DNA of 64,000 bases, from NCBI RefSeq assembly GCF_009914755.1, contig NC_060948.1; one strand, 5' to 3'. The notes under the pieces are model-generated. The model saw only the letters and a program-made list of their open reading frames with translations. It ran no database searches and was not told the origin of the DNA. Position numbers and translations under genes: made by a program. The stretch is from the human T2T-CHM13v2.0 reference genome, Homo sapiens. This document shows, piece by piece, positions 1 to 25,536 of the stretch (position 1 is the first letter of the stretch; every line of letters starts with the position of its first letter).

Positions 1-3000
1 GCCACCAGTAGGCAGATATAGACAAGAGTTACATCACCTGCGTGATCACTGCAGAGATATGTCACAATGCCCCTGTAGGCAGAGCCTAGACAAGAGTCCC
101 ATCACCTGGGTGATCAGTGCAGAGTTATGTCAAAATGCCCCCTTTTGGCAGAGGCTAGACAAGGGTTACATCACCTGGGTGATCAGTGCAGAGATGTGTC
201 ACAAGCCCCCTGTACCCAGAGCCTAGACAAGAGTTACATCAGGTGTGTGATCAGTGCAGTGACATGTCACAATGTCTCTGTAGCCATATCCTTGAGAATA
301 GTGACATCACCTGGGTGATCGGTGCGGAGATATGTCACAATGCCTCCAGTATGCAGAGCGTAGACAAGAGTTACATCACCTGGGTGATCAGAGCAGAGAT
401 ATGTCACAATGCCCCCGGTAAGCAGATCCCAGACAAGAGTTGCATCACCTCGGTGATCAGTGCACAGATATGTCTCAATGCCCCCTGTCGACAAAGCCTA
501 TACAAGAGTTACATCATCTCGGTGATCAGTGCAGTGCTATGTGAAAATGCCCCTGTAGGCAGAGCCTAGACAAGAGTTACATCACCTGGGTGATCAGTGA
601 AGAGATATGTCATAAATCCCACTGTAGGCAAAGCCTAGACAAGTTTTACATCACATCAGCGGTCAGTGCAAAGATATGTCCCAATGTTCCTCTAGGCAGA
701 GCTTATACAATAGTCACATCTCCTGGGTTATCAGGGCAGTGATAAATCACAATGCCCCCATAGGCAGAGCCTAGACAAGAGTTACATAACCCGGGTGATC
801 CGTGCAGAGTAATGTCACAATGCCCTCTGTAGGCAGAGCCTAGAAAAGAGTTACATCACCTGGGTGATCCGTGCAGAGATATCTCACAATACACCCTGTA
901 AGCAGAGCCTAGAAAAGAGTTACATCACCTGGGTGATCAGTGCAGAGATATGTCATAAACCCCACTGTAGGCAAAGCCTAGACAAATTTTACATCACCTA
1001 AGTGATCAGTGCAGAGATATGTCCCAATGTCCCTCTAGGCAGAGCTTAGACCAGAGTCACAACTCCTAGGTGATCAGTGTAGAGATAAGTCACAATGCCC
1101 CCATAGGCAGAGCCTAGACAAGAGTTAAATAACCAGGGTGATCCGTGCAGAGTGATGTCAAAACGTCCCTTGTAGGCAGAGAAGAGAAAAGAGTTACATC
1201 ACCTGGGTGATCAGTGCAGAGATATGTCACAATGCCTCCTGTAGGCAGAGCATAGAGAAGAGTTGCATCACCTTGGTGATCAGTGAAGAGATATGTCACA
1301 ATGTCCCCTGTAGGAAAAGCCTAGAGAATAGTTACATCACCTTTGTCTTCAGTTCAGGGATATGTGAAAACGCCACTGTACGCAGAGCCTAGACAAAAGT
1401 TACATCACCTAGTTCATCAGTGCAGAGATATTTCACAACACCCACTGTAGGCAGAACCTAGACAAGAGTTGAATCACCTGGGTGATTTTGTGCAGAGATA
1501 TTTCACAGTGCCCCCTTTGGGCAGAGGGTAGACAAGAGTTACATCACCTAGGTGATCAGTGCAGAGATTTGTCAGAATTCCCTGTAGGCAGTGCTTATAA
1601 AAGTGTTACATCACCTAGGTGATCAGTGCAGAGATTTGTCAAAATTCCCTGTAGGCAGTGCTTATAAAAGTGTTACATCACCTAAGTGATCAGTGCAGAG
1701 ATATGTCACAAAGCTCCTGTAGGCAGAACTTGGATGAGTTATATCACCTGGGTTATCAGTGCAAAGGTATGTCACAAAGCCCCCTGTAGGCAAAGCCTAG
1801 ACAATAGTTACAACAGTTGGTTGATCAGTGGCGAGATCTCTCACAATTACCCTGTAGGCAGAGCTTATACAACAGTTACATCACCTGGGTGATCAGTGCA
1901 GAGATATGTCACAATGCCCCCATAGGCAGATCCAAGACAAGAGTCCATCACCTGGGTGATCAGTGCAGAAATATGTCACAATGCCCCCTTAGGCAGATCC
2001 TAGACAAAAGCCCCATCACCTGGATGATCAGTGCAGAGTTATGTCACAAAGTCCCGTTAGGCAGATCCTGGAGAAGAGTTACATCACTCGGGTGATCAGT
2101 GCAGAGATATGTCACAATGCCACTGTAGGCAGAGCCTAGACAACGGTTACATGACCTAGGTGATCAGTGCAGAGATACATCGCAATGTCCCTGTAGGCAG
2201 AGCTTTGACAAGTGGTACATCACCTGGGTGATCATTGCAGGGATATGTCACAAAGCACCCTGTAGGCAAATCCTAGAGAAGAGTTATATCACCTGGATGA
2301 TCAGTGCAGAGATATGTCACAACCCCCTGTAGGCAGAGCTTAGACAAGAGTTATATCACCTGGGTGATCAGTGCAGTGGTATGTCACAATGCCATGTAGA
2401 CGGAGCCTAAACTAAAGTTACAGCACCTGGGAGATCATTGCAGAGATATGTCACAATGTCCCCAGTAGGCAGAGACCAGGCAAGAATTGGATCACCTCGG
2501 GATCAGGGCAGAGATATGTCTCAATCCCCCTGTGGGCACAGCCTAGACAAGAGTTACATCACCTCGGTTAACAGTGCAGAGATATGTCAAAATGCCTCTG
2601 TAGGCAGAGCCTACACAATTGTTATATCACTTAGATGATCAGTGCAGAGATATGTCACAATACCCCTTGTAAGCAGAGCCTAGAGAAGAGTTACGTCACC
2701 TGGGTGATCAGTGCAGACATATGTGACAAGGCCCCTTTAAGCAGAGCCTAGACAATAGTTACATCACCTGAGTGATCAGTGCAGAGATCTGTCACAATGC
2801 CCCTTTAGGCAGAGCTTAGACCAGAGTTACATCACCTGGGTGATCAGTGCAGAGATATGTCACAATGCCTCCATAGGCAAATCCAAGTTGAGATTCTGTC
2901 ACCTGTGTGATCAGTGCAGACATATGTGACCATGCCCCCAGTAGGCAGAGCCTAGAGAATAGTCCCATCACCTGGGTGATCAGTGCAGAGATATTTCACA

Positions 3001-3473
3001 ATGCCCCTGAAGGCAGAGTGTAAGCAAGAGTTACATCACTGAGATGATCAGTGCAGAGATATGTCACAAGGCCCCCTATAGGCAGAGCCTGGACAAGAGT
3101 TACATCACCTCAGTGATCAATGCAGTGATATGTCACTATGCCCCGTAGGAAGAGTCTAAACAAGCGTTACATCACCTAGGTGATCAGTGCAGAGATATGT
3201 CACAAAGCCCCCACACACAGAGCCTAGACAAGAGTCCCATCATCTGGGTTATCAGTGCAGAAATATGTCACAATGCCCCCATAGGCAGATCCTACACAAG
3301 AGTTACATCACCTGGGTGATCAGTGTAGAGATATGTCACAATGCCCCCATAGGCAGAGCCTAGACAAAATTCCCATCCGCTGGGTAATCAGTGCAGAGAT
3401 ACGTCACAAAGCCCCGTAGGCAGAGCATAGACAAGATTTTCATCACTTTGTAGATCAGTTTAGAGATGTGTCA
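1..3473. repeat. Beta-satellite (68-bp Sau3A/BSR) array, block 1; runs off the window start
   Basis: Tandem ~67-69 bp monomers of the form cctgtaggcagagcctagacaagagttacatcacctgggtgatcagtgcagagatatgtcacaatgcc, with a GATC site in most monomers. Confidence 0.97.
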
Positions 3474-4080
3474 TGCTGACTGTTTGCTCCCGGAGCTCTG
3501 CGGGCACCCAGAAACATGCAGGGAAGGGTGGGAGACTGGCATGGTGCCTTCGCTCTCCTTGCCAGTTTGAAAACCGGCCACACTGCAGACTCCCCATGTT
3601 GCTGACCACGGGAATCCATCTTCAGGCCATCACGCCAGGGAGGCATCTTCTCTCTGGTGTCTCGCTCTGGTCTCCTACGTGGAAATGAACGAGAGCCACA
3701 AGCCTGCCTGTGTGAGACTGTCCCGGCAACGGCGACACCCACAGGCACTGCCTCCTTCTCGGAGAGAGGGCCTGGAACACCAAAGACTCCCACAGAGGTT
3801 CAGTTCCAAACTCCCCTCCACCCTCCCAGAGGGGTTTCTAGCTGCTGAAGACGCGTGGGAGCCCAGAGAGTGGCTTCCAGTTCCCGCGGGATTCCTGGAG
3901 TGGTCCGGAGAGCCAGTCCCTGAAACGCGCCCCCTTCACCCCTTCCCCCTCACCCCCTTCCTCTTCATTTCTCCAGCCTCACCACAGCCATCAGCACGCC
4001 CTCCCCACCACCCCACCACCACACGGCCGCAGGCCTCGACTCCCTGGGAACGTTCCGTGGTGGGGTGGGCTGTCCCAGGG

Positions 4081-5536
<1,456 letters not shown>

Positions 5537-6237
5537 GTCGCGGGGTTGGGACGGTGTCAGGTCGGGGCAGGGCGGTGGCCTCTCTTTCGTGGGGAACACC
5601 TTGCTGGCTATGGAGGGGCGTGTCTTCCACCCGCCCCCTCCACTGGGCTGACCGGCCTGGGATTCCTGCCTTCTTGGTCTAGGCCCGGTAAGAGAATCCA
5701 TACAGCAGAGAACTGCCATTCTTTCCTGGGCATCCTGGGGATACCAGATCCGGCCCAGGTACAAACAGGTGGGCCACCCACTGCGCACGCGCAGGTTTGT
5801 GGGCAGCTGCCTGGGCTGTGGGAGCAGCCCGGGCAGAGCCCTCATGCCTTTCCACCACCCCACCCCCGCCTGACCAGACCCACCCCACCCCCACCCCCCA
5901 CCCACGGAAAATGCTTCCTCCCCTGGGCTGGTTGGAGAAACCCGTCCAGCGAAACACTGGGCCCCTGCAGCATCCAGTCCTGACAGCCCTCCGGAGGCTC
6001 GCCTTGTGTGCGCCTCCACGCCACCGTTGCCAGCCCGCGTGTGCCTCTGCAGCCTCCTAGCTGCCACAATGGATAGCCTGGCGGCGGAACGCAGACCTCT
6101 AGCTCTCTTTGCCGGCCTCCTGGCTAGACCTGCGCTCATTGCACACCCTGGCTGATGTGCAAGGAGCCCGCTCGCCTCTCTGTGCCCTTGTCCATCTGTG
6201 AAATTCTGGCTGAGGTTCTCCCAACACATTCCGACGC

Positions 6238-9200
6238 TCTTTAGTCAAAGTCTGGAGAATGGTTACATCTCCTGGATGATCGGTTCAGAAATATGTCCCA
6301 ATGCCCCCTCCCTCCGGAGCCTAGAGAAGATTTGCATCATTTGGGTGATCAGCGCAGAGATATATCACAATGTCCCATGTACAAAAAGCCTGGAAATGAT
6401 TTACATCACCTCGGTGATCAGTGCATAGGTATGTCAGATATCCCCAGTAGCCTGAACCTAGACAAGGGTTACATCACTTAGGTGATCAGCATAGAGATAT
6501 GTGAAAATTCCCGTCTAGACACAGCCTAGAGAAGTGTTACATCACCTAGTGATCAGTGCAGGAATAAGTTGTAAAGCATCCTGTAGGTAGAGTGTAGACA
6601 ACTGATTCCTCCCTGGGGTGACCAGTGAAGAGATATGTCACAAAGCCCCTGTAAGCAGAACCTTGACAACGGTTACATCACCTGTTTGATCAGTGGAAAT
6701 GTATATCACAAATTCTCCTGTAGGCAAAGCACAGACAATTGTTACATCACCTGGGTGAGCAGTGGAGAGATCTGTCACAATGCCCCTGTAGGCAGAGCTT
6801 AGACAAGGGTTACATCACCAGGGTGATCAGTGCAGAGATATGTCAAAACTCTCCTGTAGACTGAACCTAGACAGGAGTAACATCACCAGGGTAATCAGTG
6901 CAGAGATATGTGAGAATATCCGTGTAGGCAGAGTCTAGAAAAGTGTTACATCACCTAGGTTATCCGAGCAGGTATAAGTCATACAGTCTCCTGTAGGCAG
7001 AGAGTAGACAAGAGTTCCCTCCCCAGGGTGATCAGTGCAGAGATGTATCACAAAGCCCCTGTAGGCAGAGCCTAGACAACAGTTTCATCACTTGGTTGAT
7101 CAGTTCAGAGATGTGTCACAATGTCCATGTAGGCAGATCTAAGACAAGAGTCCATCACCTGGGTGATCAGTGCAGAGAGATATACCAATGTCCTCTGTAG
7201 GCAGTGGCTAGACAAGAGTTGCATCACTTCAGAGATGAGTGCATAGATATCTCACAAAGCCTTCTGTAGGCAAAGCCCGTACAAGGCTTGCATCACCTAG
7301 GTGATCAGTGCAGTGATATGTCACAAAAATCCCTGTAGACAGAGCCTAGACAAGACTTACATCACCTGGGTGATCAGTGCAGATATTAGACACAATGCCC
7401 CCATAGACAGAGCCTAGACAAGACTTCCATCACCTGGGTGATCAGTGCAGAGATATGTCACAAACCCCCTCTAGGCAGAGTATAGAGAAGAGTCCCATCA
7501 CCTGGGTGATCAGTGCAGAGATATTTCACAATGCCCCCTGTAGGCAGAGAGAGGATAAGAGTTACATAACCTAGGTGATCTGTGCAGACCTATGTCAAAA
7601 CGCCCCTGTAGGCAGAGCCTAGATAAATGTTACATCACCTGGGTGACCAGTGTTGAGATACGTCACAATACCCCCTGTACGTAGAGCCTAGACAAGAGTT
7701 ACATCACCTGGGTGATCAGTGCAGAGGTATGTCACAAAGCCCCTGTAGGCAGAGCCTAAACAAGACTTACATCACCTGGGTGATCAGTGCAGAAATATGT
7801 TACAATACCCCCTGTAGTTGGAGCCTACACAAGAGTTACATCTCCTGGGTGATCAGTGCAAATATATGTCACAAAGTCCCCTGTAGACAAATCCCAGAAA
7901 AATGTTACATCACCTGGGTGATCACTGGAGGTATCTGTCACAATTCCCCTTTAGGCGCAACTTAGACAAGTGTTACATCACATGAGTGATCAGTGCAGAG
8001 ATATGTCACTATGCCCCCATAGGCAGATCCAAGACAAGAGTCCATCACCTGGGTGATCAGTGTAGAAATATGCCACAATGCCGCCAGTAGGCAGATATAG
8101 ACAAGAGTTACATCACCTGCGTGATCACTGCAGAGATATGTCACAATGCCCCTGTAGGCAGAGCCTAGACAAGAGTCCCATCACCTGGGTGATCAGTGCA
8201 GAGTTATGTCACAATGCCGCCTTTTGGCAGAGCCTAGACAAGGGTTACATCACCTGGGTGATCAGTGCAGAGATATGTCACAAGCCTCCTGTAGCCAGAT
8301 CTTAGACAAGAGTTACATCAGCTGTGTGATCAGTGCAGTGACATGTCACAATGTCCCTGTAGCCATATCCTTGACAAAAGTGACATCACCTGGGTGATCA
8401 GTGCAGAGATATGTCACAATGTCTCCAGTAGGCAGAGTCTGGACAAGAGTTACATCACCTGGGTGATCAATGCAGATATTTGACACAATGCCCCCATAGA
8501 CAGAGGCTAGACAAGACTTCCATCACCTGGGTGATCAGTGCAGAGATATGTCACAAGTCCCCCTCTAGGTAGAGTATAGAGAAGAGTCCCATCACATGGT
8601 GATCAGTGCAGAGATATTTCACAATGCGCCCTGTAGGCAGAGAGTGGAGAAGAGTTACACAACCTAGGTGATCTGTGCAGAGCTATGTCTAAACACCCCT
8701 GTAGGCAGAGCCTAGATAAATGTTACATCACCTGGGTGATCAGTGCAGAGATACGTCACAATGCCCCCTGTAGGTGGAGCCTAGACAAATGTTCCATCAC
8801 CTGGGTGATCAATGCAGAAATATATCACAAAGCCCCTACAGGCCGAGCCTAGACAAGGGTTACATCTCCTGGGTGATCAGTGCAAACATATGTCACAAAG
8901 CCCCCTGTAGACAAATCCCAGAAAATTGTTACATCACCTGGGTGATCAGTGTAGATATCTGTCACAATTCCCCTTTAGGCGCAGCTTAGACAAGTGTTAC
9001 ATCACATGAGTTATCAGTGCAGAGATATGTCACTATGCCCCCATAGGCAGATCCAATACAAGAGTCCGTCACCTGGGTGATCAGTGCAGAAATATGCCAC
9101 AATGCCGCCGGTAGGCAGATATAGACAAAAGTTACATCACCTGCGTGATCACTGCAGAGATATGTCACAATGCCCCTGTAGGCAGAGCCTAGACAAGAGT

Positions 9201-10120
9201 TCCATCACCTGGGTGATCAGTGCAGAGGTATGTCACAATGCCCCCTTTTGGCAGAACCTACACAAGGGTTGCATCACCTGGGGGATCAGTGCAGAGATAT
9301 GTCGCAATACCCCCTGTAAGCAGAGCCTAGACAAGAGTTACATCACCTGGGTGATCAGTGCAGAGATATGTGACGAGGCCCCTTTAAGCAGAGCCTAGAC
9401 AATAGTTACATCACCTGAGTGATCAGTGCAGAGATCTGACGCAATGCCCCTTTAGGCAGAGCTTAGACCAGAGTTACATCACCTGGGTGATCAGTGCAGA
9501 GATATGTCACAATGCCCCCACAGGCAAATCCAAGACAAGAGTCCGTCACATGGGTGATCAGTGCAGAAATATGTGACAATTCCCCCAATAAGCAGAGCCT
9601 ATAGAAGAATCCCATCACCTGGGTGATCAGTGAAGAGATATTTCACAATGCCCCTGCAGGCAGAGCGTAAGCAATAGTTGCATCACCTAGGTGATCAGTG
9701 CAGAGAAATGTCACAAGGCCCCCTATAGGCAGAGCATGTACAACAGTTAAATCACCTCGGAGATCAATGCAGTGATATGTCACTATGCCCCGTAGGCAGA
9801 ACCTAGTCAAGCGTTACATCACCTGGGTGATCAGTGCAGAGATATGTCACAAAGTCCCCATAAATAGAGCCTAGACAAGGGTCCCATCACCTGGGTGATC
9901 AGTGCAGAAATATGTCACAATGTCCCCATAGGCAGATCTAACACAAGAGTTACATCACCTGGGTGATAGGTGTAGAGATATGTCACAATGCCCCCATGGG
10001 CAGAGCCTAGAATAAAGTCCCATCAGCTGGGTGATCAGTGTAGAGATATGTCACAAAGCCCTGTAAGCAGAGCCTAGACAACTGTTACATCACTTTGTTG
10101 ATCAGTTCAGAGATGTGTCA
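6238..10120. repeat. Beta-satellite array, block 2
   Basis: Same 68-bp monomers; internal ~1-kb near-tandem duplication (about 7380-8260 vs 8470-9290). Confidence 0.97.
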
Positions 10121-10716
10121 TGCTGACTGTTTTCTCCCGGAGCTCTGCGGGCACCCGGAAACATGAAGGGAAGGGTTGAAGACCGGCATGGTGCCTTCTC
10201 TCTCATTGCCAGTTTCCAAACCGGTCACACTGCAGACTCCCCATGTTGCCGCACACGGGAATCCATCGTCAGGCCATCACTCCGGGGAGGCATCTTCTCT
10301 CTGGGGTCTCCCTCTGGTCTCCTACGTGGAAATAAACCAGAGCCACAAGCCTGCCTGTGTGAGACTGTCCCGGCAATGGCGACAGCCACAGGCACTGCCT
10401 CCTTCACGGAGAGAGGGTCTGGAACACTCAGGACTCCCACGAAAGTTCAGTTCCACACTCCCCTCCACCCACCCAGGCCAGTTTCTCCCTGCTGAAGACT
10501 CATGGGAGCCCAGAGAGCGGCTTCCAGTTCCTGCTGGATTCCTGGAGAGGTCCGGAGAGCCAGCCCCCAAAACGCGCCCCCTTCAGCACTTCCCCCTCGC
10601 CCCCTTCCTCTTCGTGTCTCTGGACCCACCCACGCCCTCCTCCCCCACCCCACCAGCCCCCGGCCGCAGGCCGCGACGCCCTGAGACCCTTCTGGGGTGT
10701 GTCAGGCTGTTACTGG

Positions 10717-12174
<1,458 letters not shown>

Positions 12175-12876
12175 GATGCATTGTTGGGACGGGGTCGGGT
12201 CGGGGCAATGCGGTGGCCTCTCTTTCGTGGGGAACACCTGTCTGGCTATGGAGGTGCGTGTCTTCCCCCCACCCCCTCCACCAGACTGACTGGCCTGGGA
12301 TTCCTGTCTTCTATGTCTAGGCCCGGTGAGAGACTCCAAACAGCGGAGAACTGCCATTCTTTCCTGGGCATCCTGGGGATCCCAGAGCCGGCCCCGGTAC
12401 CAGCAGCTGGGCCGCATACTGCACATGTGCGGGTTTGCGGGCAGCCGCCTGGGCTGTGGGAGCAGCCTAGGCAGAGCTCTCATGCCTTTCCACCACCACA
12501 CACCAGCCTGACCACCCCCTCACGAACCGCACCCGCCACACCCGGAAAATGCGTCCTCCCATGTGCTGGGTGGAGACCACCGTCCCGCGAAACACCGGGC
12601 CTGTGCAGCGTCCAGGCCTGACACCCCTCCAGCTGCTCGCTTCCTCTGCGCCTCCGCGCCACCGTCGCAGGCCCGCCCGTGCCCCTGGAGCCTCCCAGCT
12701 CCCACCATGGAGTGCCTGGAGGCAGAACGCAGACCTCTAGCTCTCTTTGCCGGCCTCCTGGCTAGACCTGCGCTCATTGCGCACCACGGCTATTGTGCAA
12801 GGGAGCCTGCTGGACTCTCTGTGCCCTTGTCCATCCGTGAAATTCCAGCTGAGGCTCTCCCAACACCTTCCGACGC

Positions 12877-20897
<8,021 letters not shown>

Positions 20898-21492
20898 TGC
20901 TGACTGTTTGCTCCGGCAGCTCTGCGGGCACTCGGAAACATGCAGCTAAGGGTGGAACACTGGCATGGTGCCTTCGCTCTCCTTGCCAGTTTCCAAACCG
21001 GCCACACTGCAGACTCCCCAAGTTGCCGCATAAGGGAATCCATCGTCAGGCCATCACGCCGGAGAGGCATCTTCTCTCTGGGGTCTCGGTCTGGTCTCCT
21101 ACTTAGAAATGAACGAGAGCCACACGCCTGCGTGTTTCAGACAGTCCCGGCAACGGCGACACCCACAGGCACTGCCTTCTTCATGGAGAGAGGGCCGGGA
21201 ACACTCAAGAATCCCATGGAGGTTCAGTTCCACACTCCCCTCCACCCACCCAGGCCAGTTTCGCCCTGCTGAAGACGCCTGGGAGATCAGAGAGCGGCTT
21301 CCAGTTCCTGCTGGATTCCTGGAGATGTCCGGAGAGCCAGCCCCCATCACCCCTTCCCCCTCGCCCCCTTCCTCTTCGTCTCTCCGGCCCCACCATCAGC
21401 ATCACCACGCCCTCCCTCCCCACCCCACAACCCCCCGGCCACAGGCCTCGACGCCCTGGGACCCTTCCGGGGTGGGGCTGGCTGTCCCAGGG

Positions 21493-22949
<1,457 letters not shown>

Positions 22950-23650
22950 GATGCGGGGTTGGGACAGGGTCGGATCGGGGCAGGGCGGTGGCCTCTCTTT
23001 CGCAGGGAACACCTGGCTGGCTATGGAGGTGCGTGTCTTCTCCCCGCCCCCTCCACCGGGCTGACCTGCCTGGGATTCCTGCCTTCTAGGTCTAGGCCTG
23101 GTGAGAGGCTCCACACAGCGGAGAACTGCCATTCTTTCCTGGGCATCCTGGGGATCCCAGAGCCGGCCCAGGTACCAGCAGGTGGGCCGCCTACTGCGCA
23201 CCCGCGGGTTTGCGGGCAGCCGCCTGGGCTTTGGGAGCAGCCGGGGCAGAGCTCTCATGCCTTTCCACCACCCCACCCCCGCCTGACCACCCACCCCCAC
23301 CACCACCCACCACCCCCGGAAAATGCGTCCTCCCCTGGGCTGGGTGGAGACCCCCGTCCCATGAAACACCGTGCCCGCACAGCGTCCAGGCCTGACACCC
23401 CTCTGGCCGCTCGCCTCCTCTGCGCCTCCGCGCCACCGTACCCGGCCCGCCTGTGCCCCTGCAGCCTCCCAGCTGCCCCCATGGAGTGCCTGGTGGTGGA
23501 ACGCACACCTCTAGCTCTCTTTGCCGGCCTCCTGGCTAGACCTGCGCTCATTGCGCACCCAGGCTGACGTGCAACGGAGACCGCTGTCCTCTCTGTGCCC
23601 TTGTCCGTCCGTGAAATTCCGGCTGAGTCTCTCCCAACACCTTCCGAAGC

Positions 23651-23784
23651 TCTTTTGTCAAATCCTGGAGAATACTTATATCTCCTGGATGATCGGTTCA
23701 GAAATATGTCACAATGCCCCCTCCCTGCGGAGCCTAGAGAAGATTTGCATCATTTGGGTGATCAGTGCAGTGATATATCACAAT
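23651..23784. repeat. Terminal ~2 beta-satellite monomers and satellite/unique-DNA junction
   Basis: ...gatcagtgcagtgatatatcacaat, then an abrupt switch to AT-rich non-satellite sequence. Confidence 0.9.
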
Positions 23785-23914
23785 ATTTTCACTTATTTAT
23801 TTTTTATAAGGTAAATCAAATGTTCCAGAACCACTAATGAGCATCAGTCATTTCCTCTAGTTGAGCTGCAATGCCAATATCAAGGGCCATATACTGTTTA
23901 TCAAGTTTCTATTT

Positions 23915-23996
23915 ATGTTCCAGTTTAATCTTATGAGACCACCGCAGTGTAGATGGTGGACTAGTTGACTGAAATGTGTTACATTGGGCTTGACTG
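23915..23996 (-). mobile_element. Tigger3/MER7-like DNA transposon terminal fragment
   Basis: Reverse complement cagtcaagccc...tttcagtcaac...cggtggtctcataagatta resembles the recalled Tigger3 terminus. Confidence 0.45.
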
Positions 23997-25141
23997 TTTA
24001 TATTTGAAAATATTTGGGAGTTGAATAATTTTAAGGAATTACTGATAACTTGGTGTGAAAGGATAAGGGAATTTTGGTCATGAAAGAAAATGGCCTTAGT
24101 TTTTGAATATGCAGGCTTAAGTATACACAGGCAAATTAGCATGATGCCTATAATTTACTTTTATTTCAAATTGAAATATTACATAAAGAAAACTTGACAA
24201 AATATTAACAATTAATTGGATTTAGGTGGTGGTTATGTGGGTGTCCATTTTTTCTACCTTTCTGTAGGCTCCAATGTTTCATAATTAAAAGGGAAAAAAC
24301 GGGGCCACAAGAGAAGGTACAATTAAACATTAATGGGTCCCTTCTCCCAAGCGGTTAGTGCTGAGAGTGTGGAGTGTGTTCTCCAGGATCAGCACATCGT
24401 TATTATCTTGAAAAATCCATTCCCCCGAAAAAAATCCCATGAAAAAAACTTAAAAGAAAAAAAAAGGTTTCTGTTTTAACAACCGTCACCCCTGCAAAAC
24501 ACTTTACCAAAAAATCCTTGTCTTCACTGCCAGAGACATTTTCCTTTTCTTCTTGTATAAGATTACCCGGTGAGGCAGCCAAGAGTGACCCACCCACCAC
24601 CTCGCTGCTCCGAAGCAGCTTCAAGAAGGAACAGGATCCCGAGGCCTGGACGCTGGACCTTACAACGCCACCCTCGTCCCAGCCCGCTGCGGGCCTCAGT
24701 TCCTCCGACGTGGAGTAGTTTTGGATCCCAGGTGATTTTGTCTCTCTGCGCTGGCCCAGGCTTCTGCCTCAGCCCTTACTCTCCTTTCATTGAAATGTCG
24801 CAGCCTGTGGCCCTACCGACAGACAGGTGCAGAGGTGAGCCCAGCTTCCCAGCCATCCCCTGTCCTCGCACCGCACGTGACCAGGCCTGCTGGCCGGTCC
24901 TTTCTATCCCGGGCTACAGGAACCAGATCACCGGCGCTCCTTGGGAAACGCAGGATGTGGAATGTGCTTAAGACCCCATGAATTTTGATGTTGTAAAAGA
25001 CTAGCCAATACACACTAAGTGGTCTCGGTGTGATCCATCACTCCGCAAAATTGGAGTGGGCAACATGTTCATAAAAAAAATTGGACAAATCTATTGTTTA
25101 TAAAGCATTGCATGATACATCTGCTTTTGGTAATATCTTTT

Positions 25142-25536
25142 TGTTGTAGAAAAAACCAGGTTCTTGTCATACCACCATGAAAAGGCATGCAAACACTTGA
25201 AGGGTGAGGGGGAATGGAGTTTATTGGGTGGAAAGGAAAAAAGAAAAATAACTCTCTGCAAAGAGAGAAAGAGTCCTGCTAGCGGGTTTCCCGCCTCATA
25301 GATTAAATCCTAGGTCACTACATGGGAACACGCCAGACTCCTCTCCACTGCACACTGCACAAACTTCCCGAGGCTCCACCCTGTAATCCCAGTGCACAGG
25401 TGGGCATTATTCAGAATCAGTGAGGAAAGGGAGGCTTCAACCAGGACCTGCAGTCCAGTTTATCAACGTTCAGGCTGTTTTAGTCTTGAAGGTGGGGTTT
25501 TACCAGGGGACCCTTGGCTGCATCCTGTCTCTATCA
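25142..25536 (-). mobile_element. Solo ERV1 LTR, MER48-like, inserted in the PABPC1 retrocopy
   Basis: 395-bp TG...CA element that interrupts the RRM2-coding sequence, flanked by cttt(t)/cttt(c); AATAAA on the minus strand. Family assignment is from recalled consensus. Confidence 0.8.
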
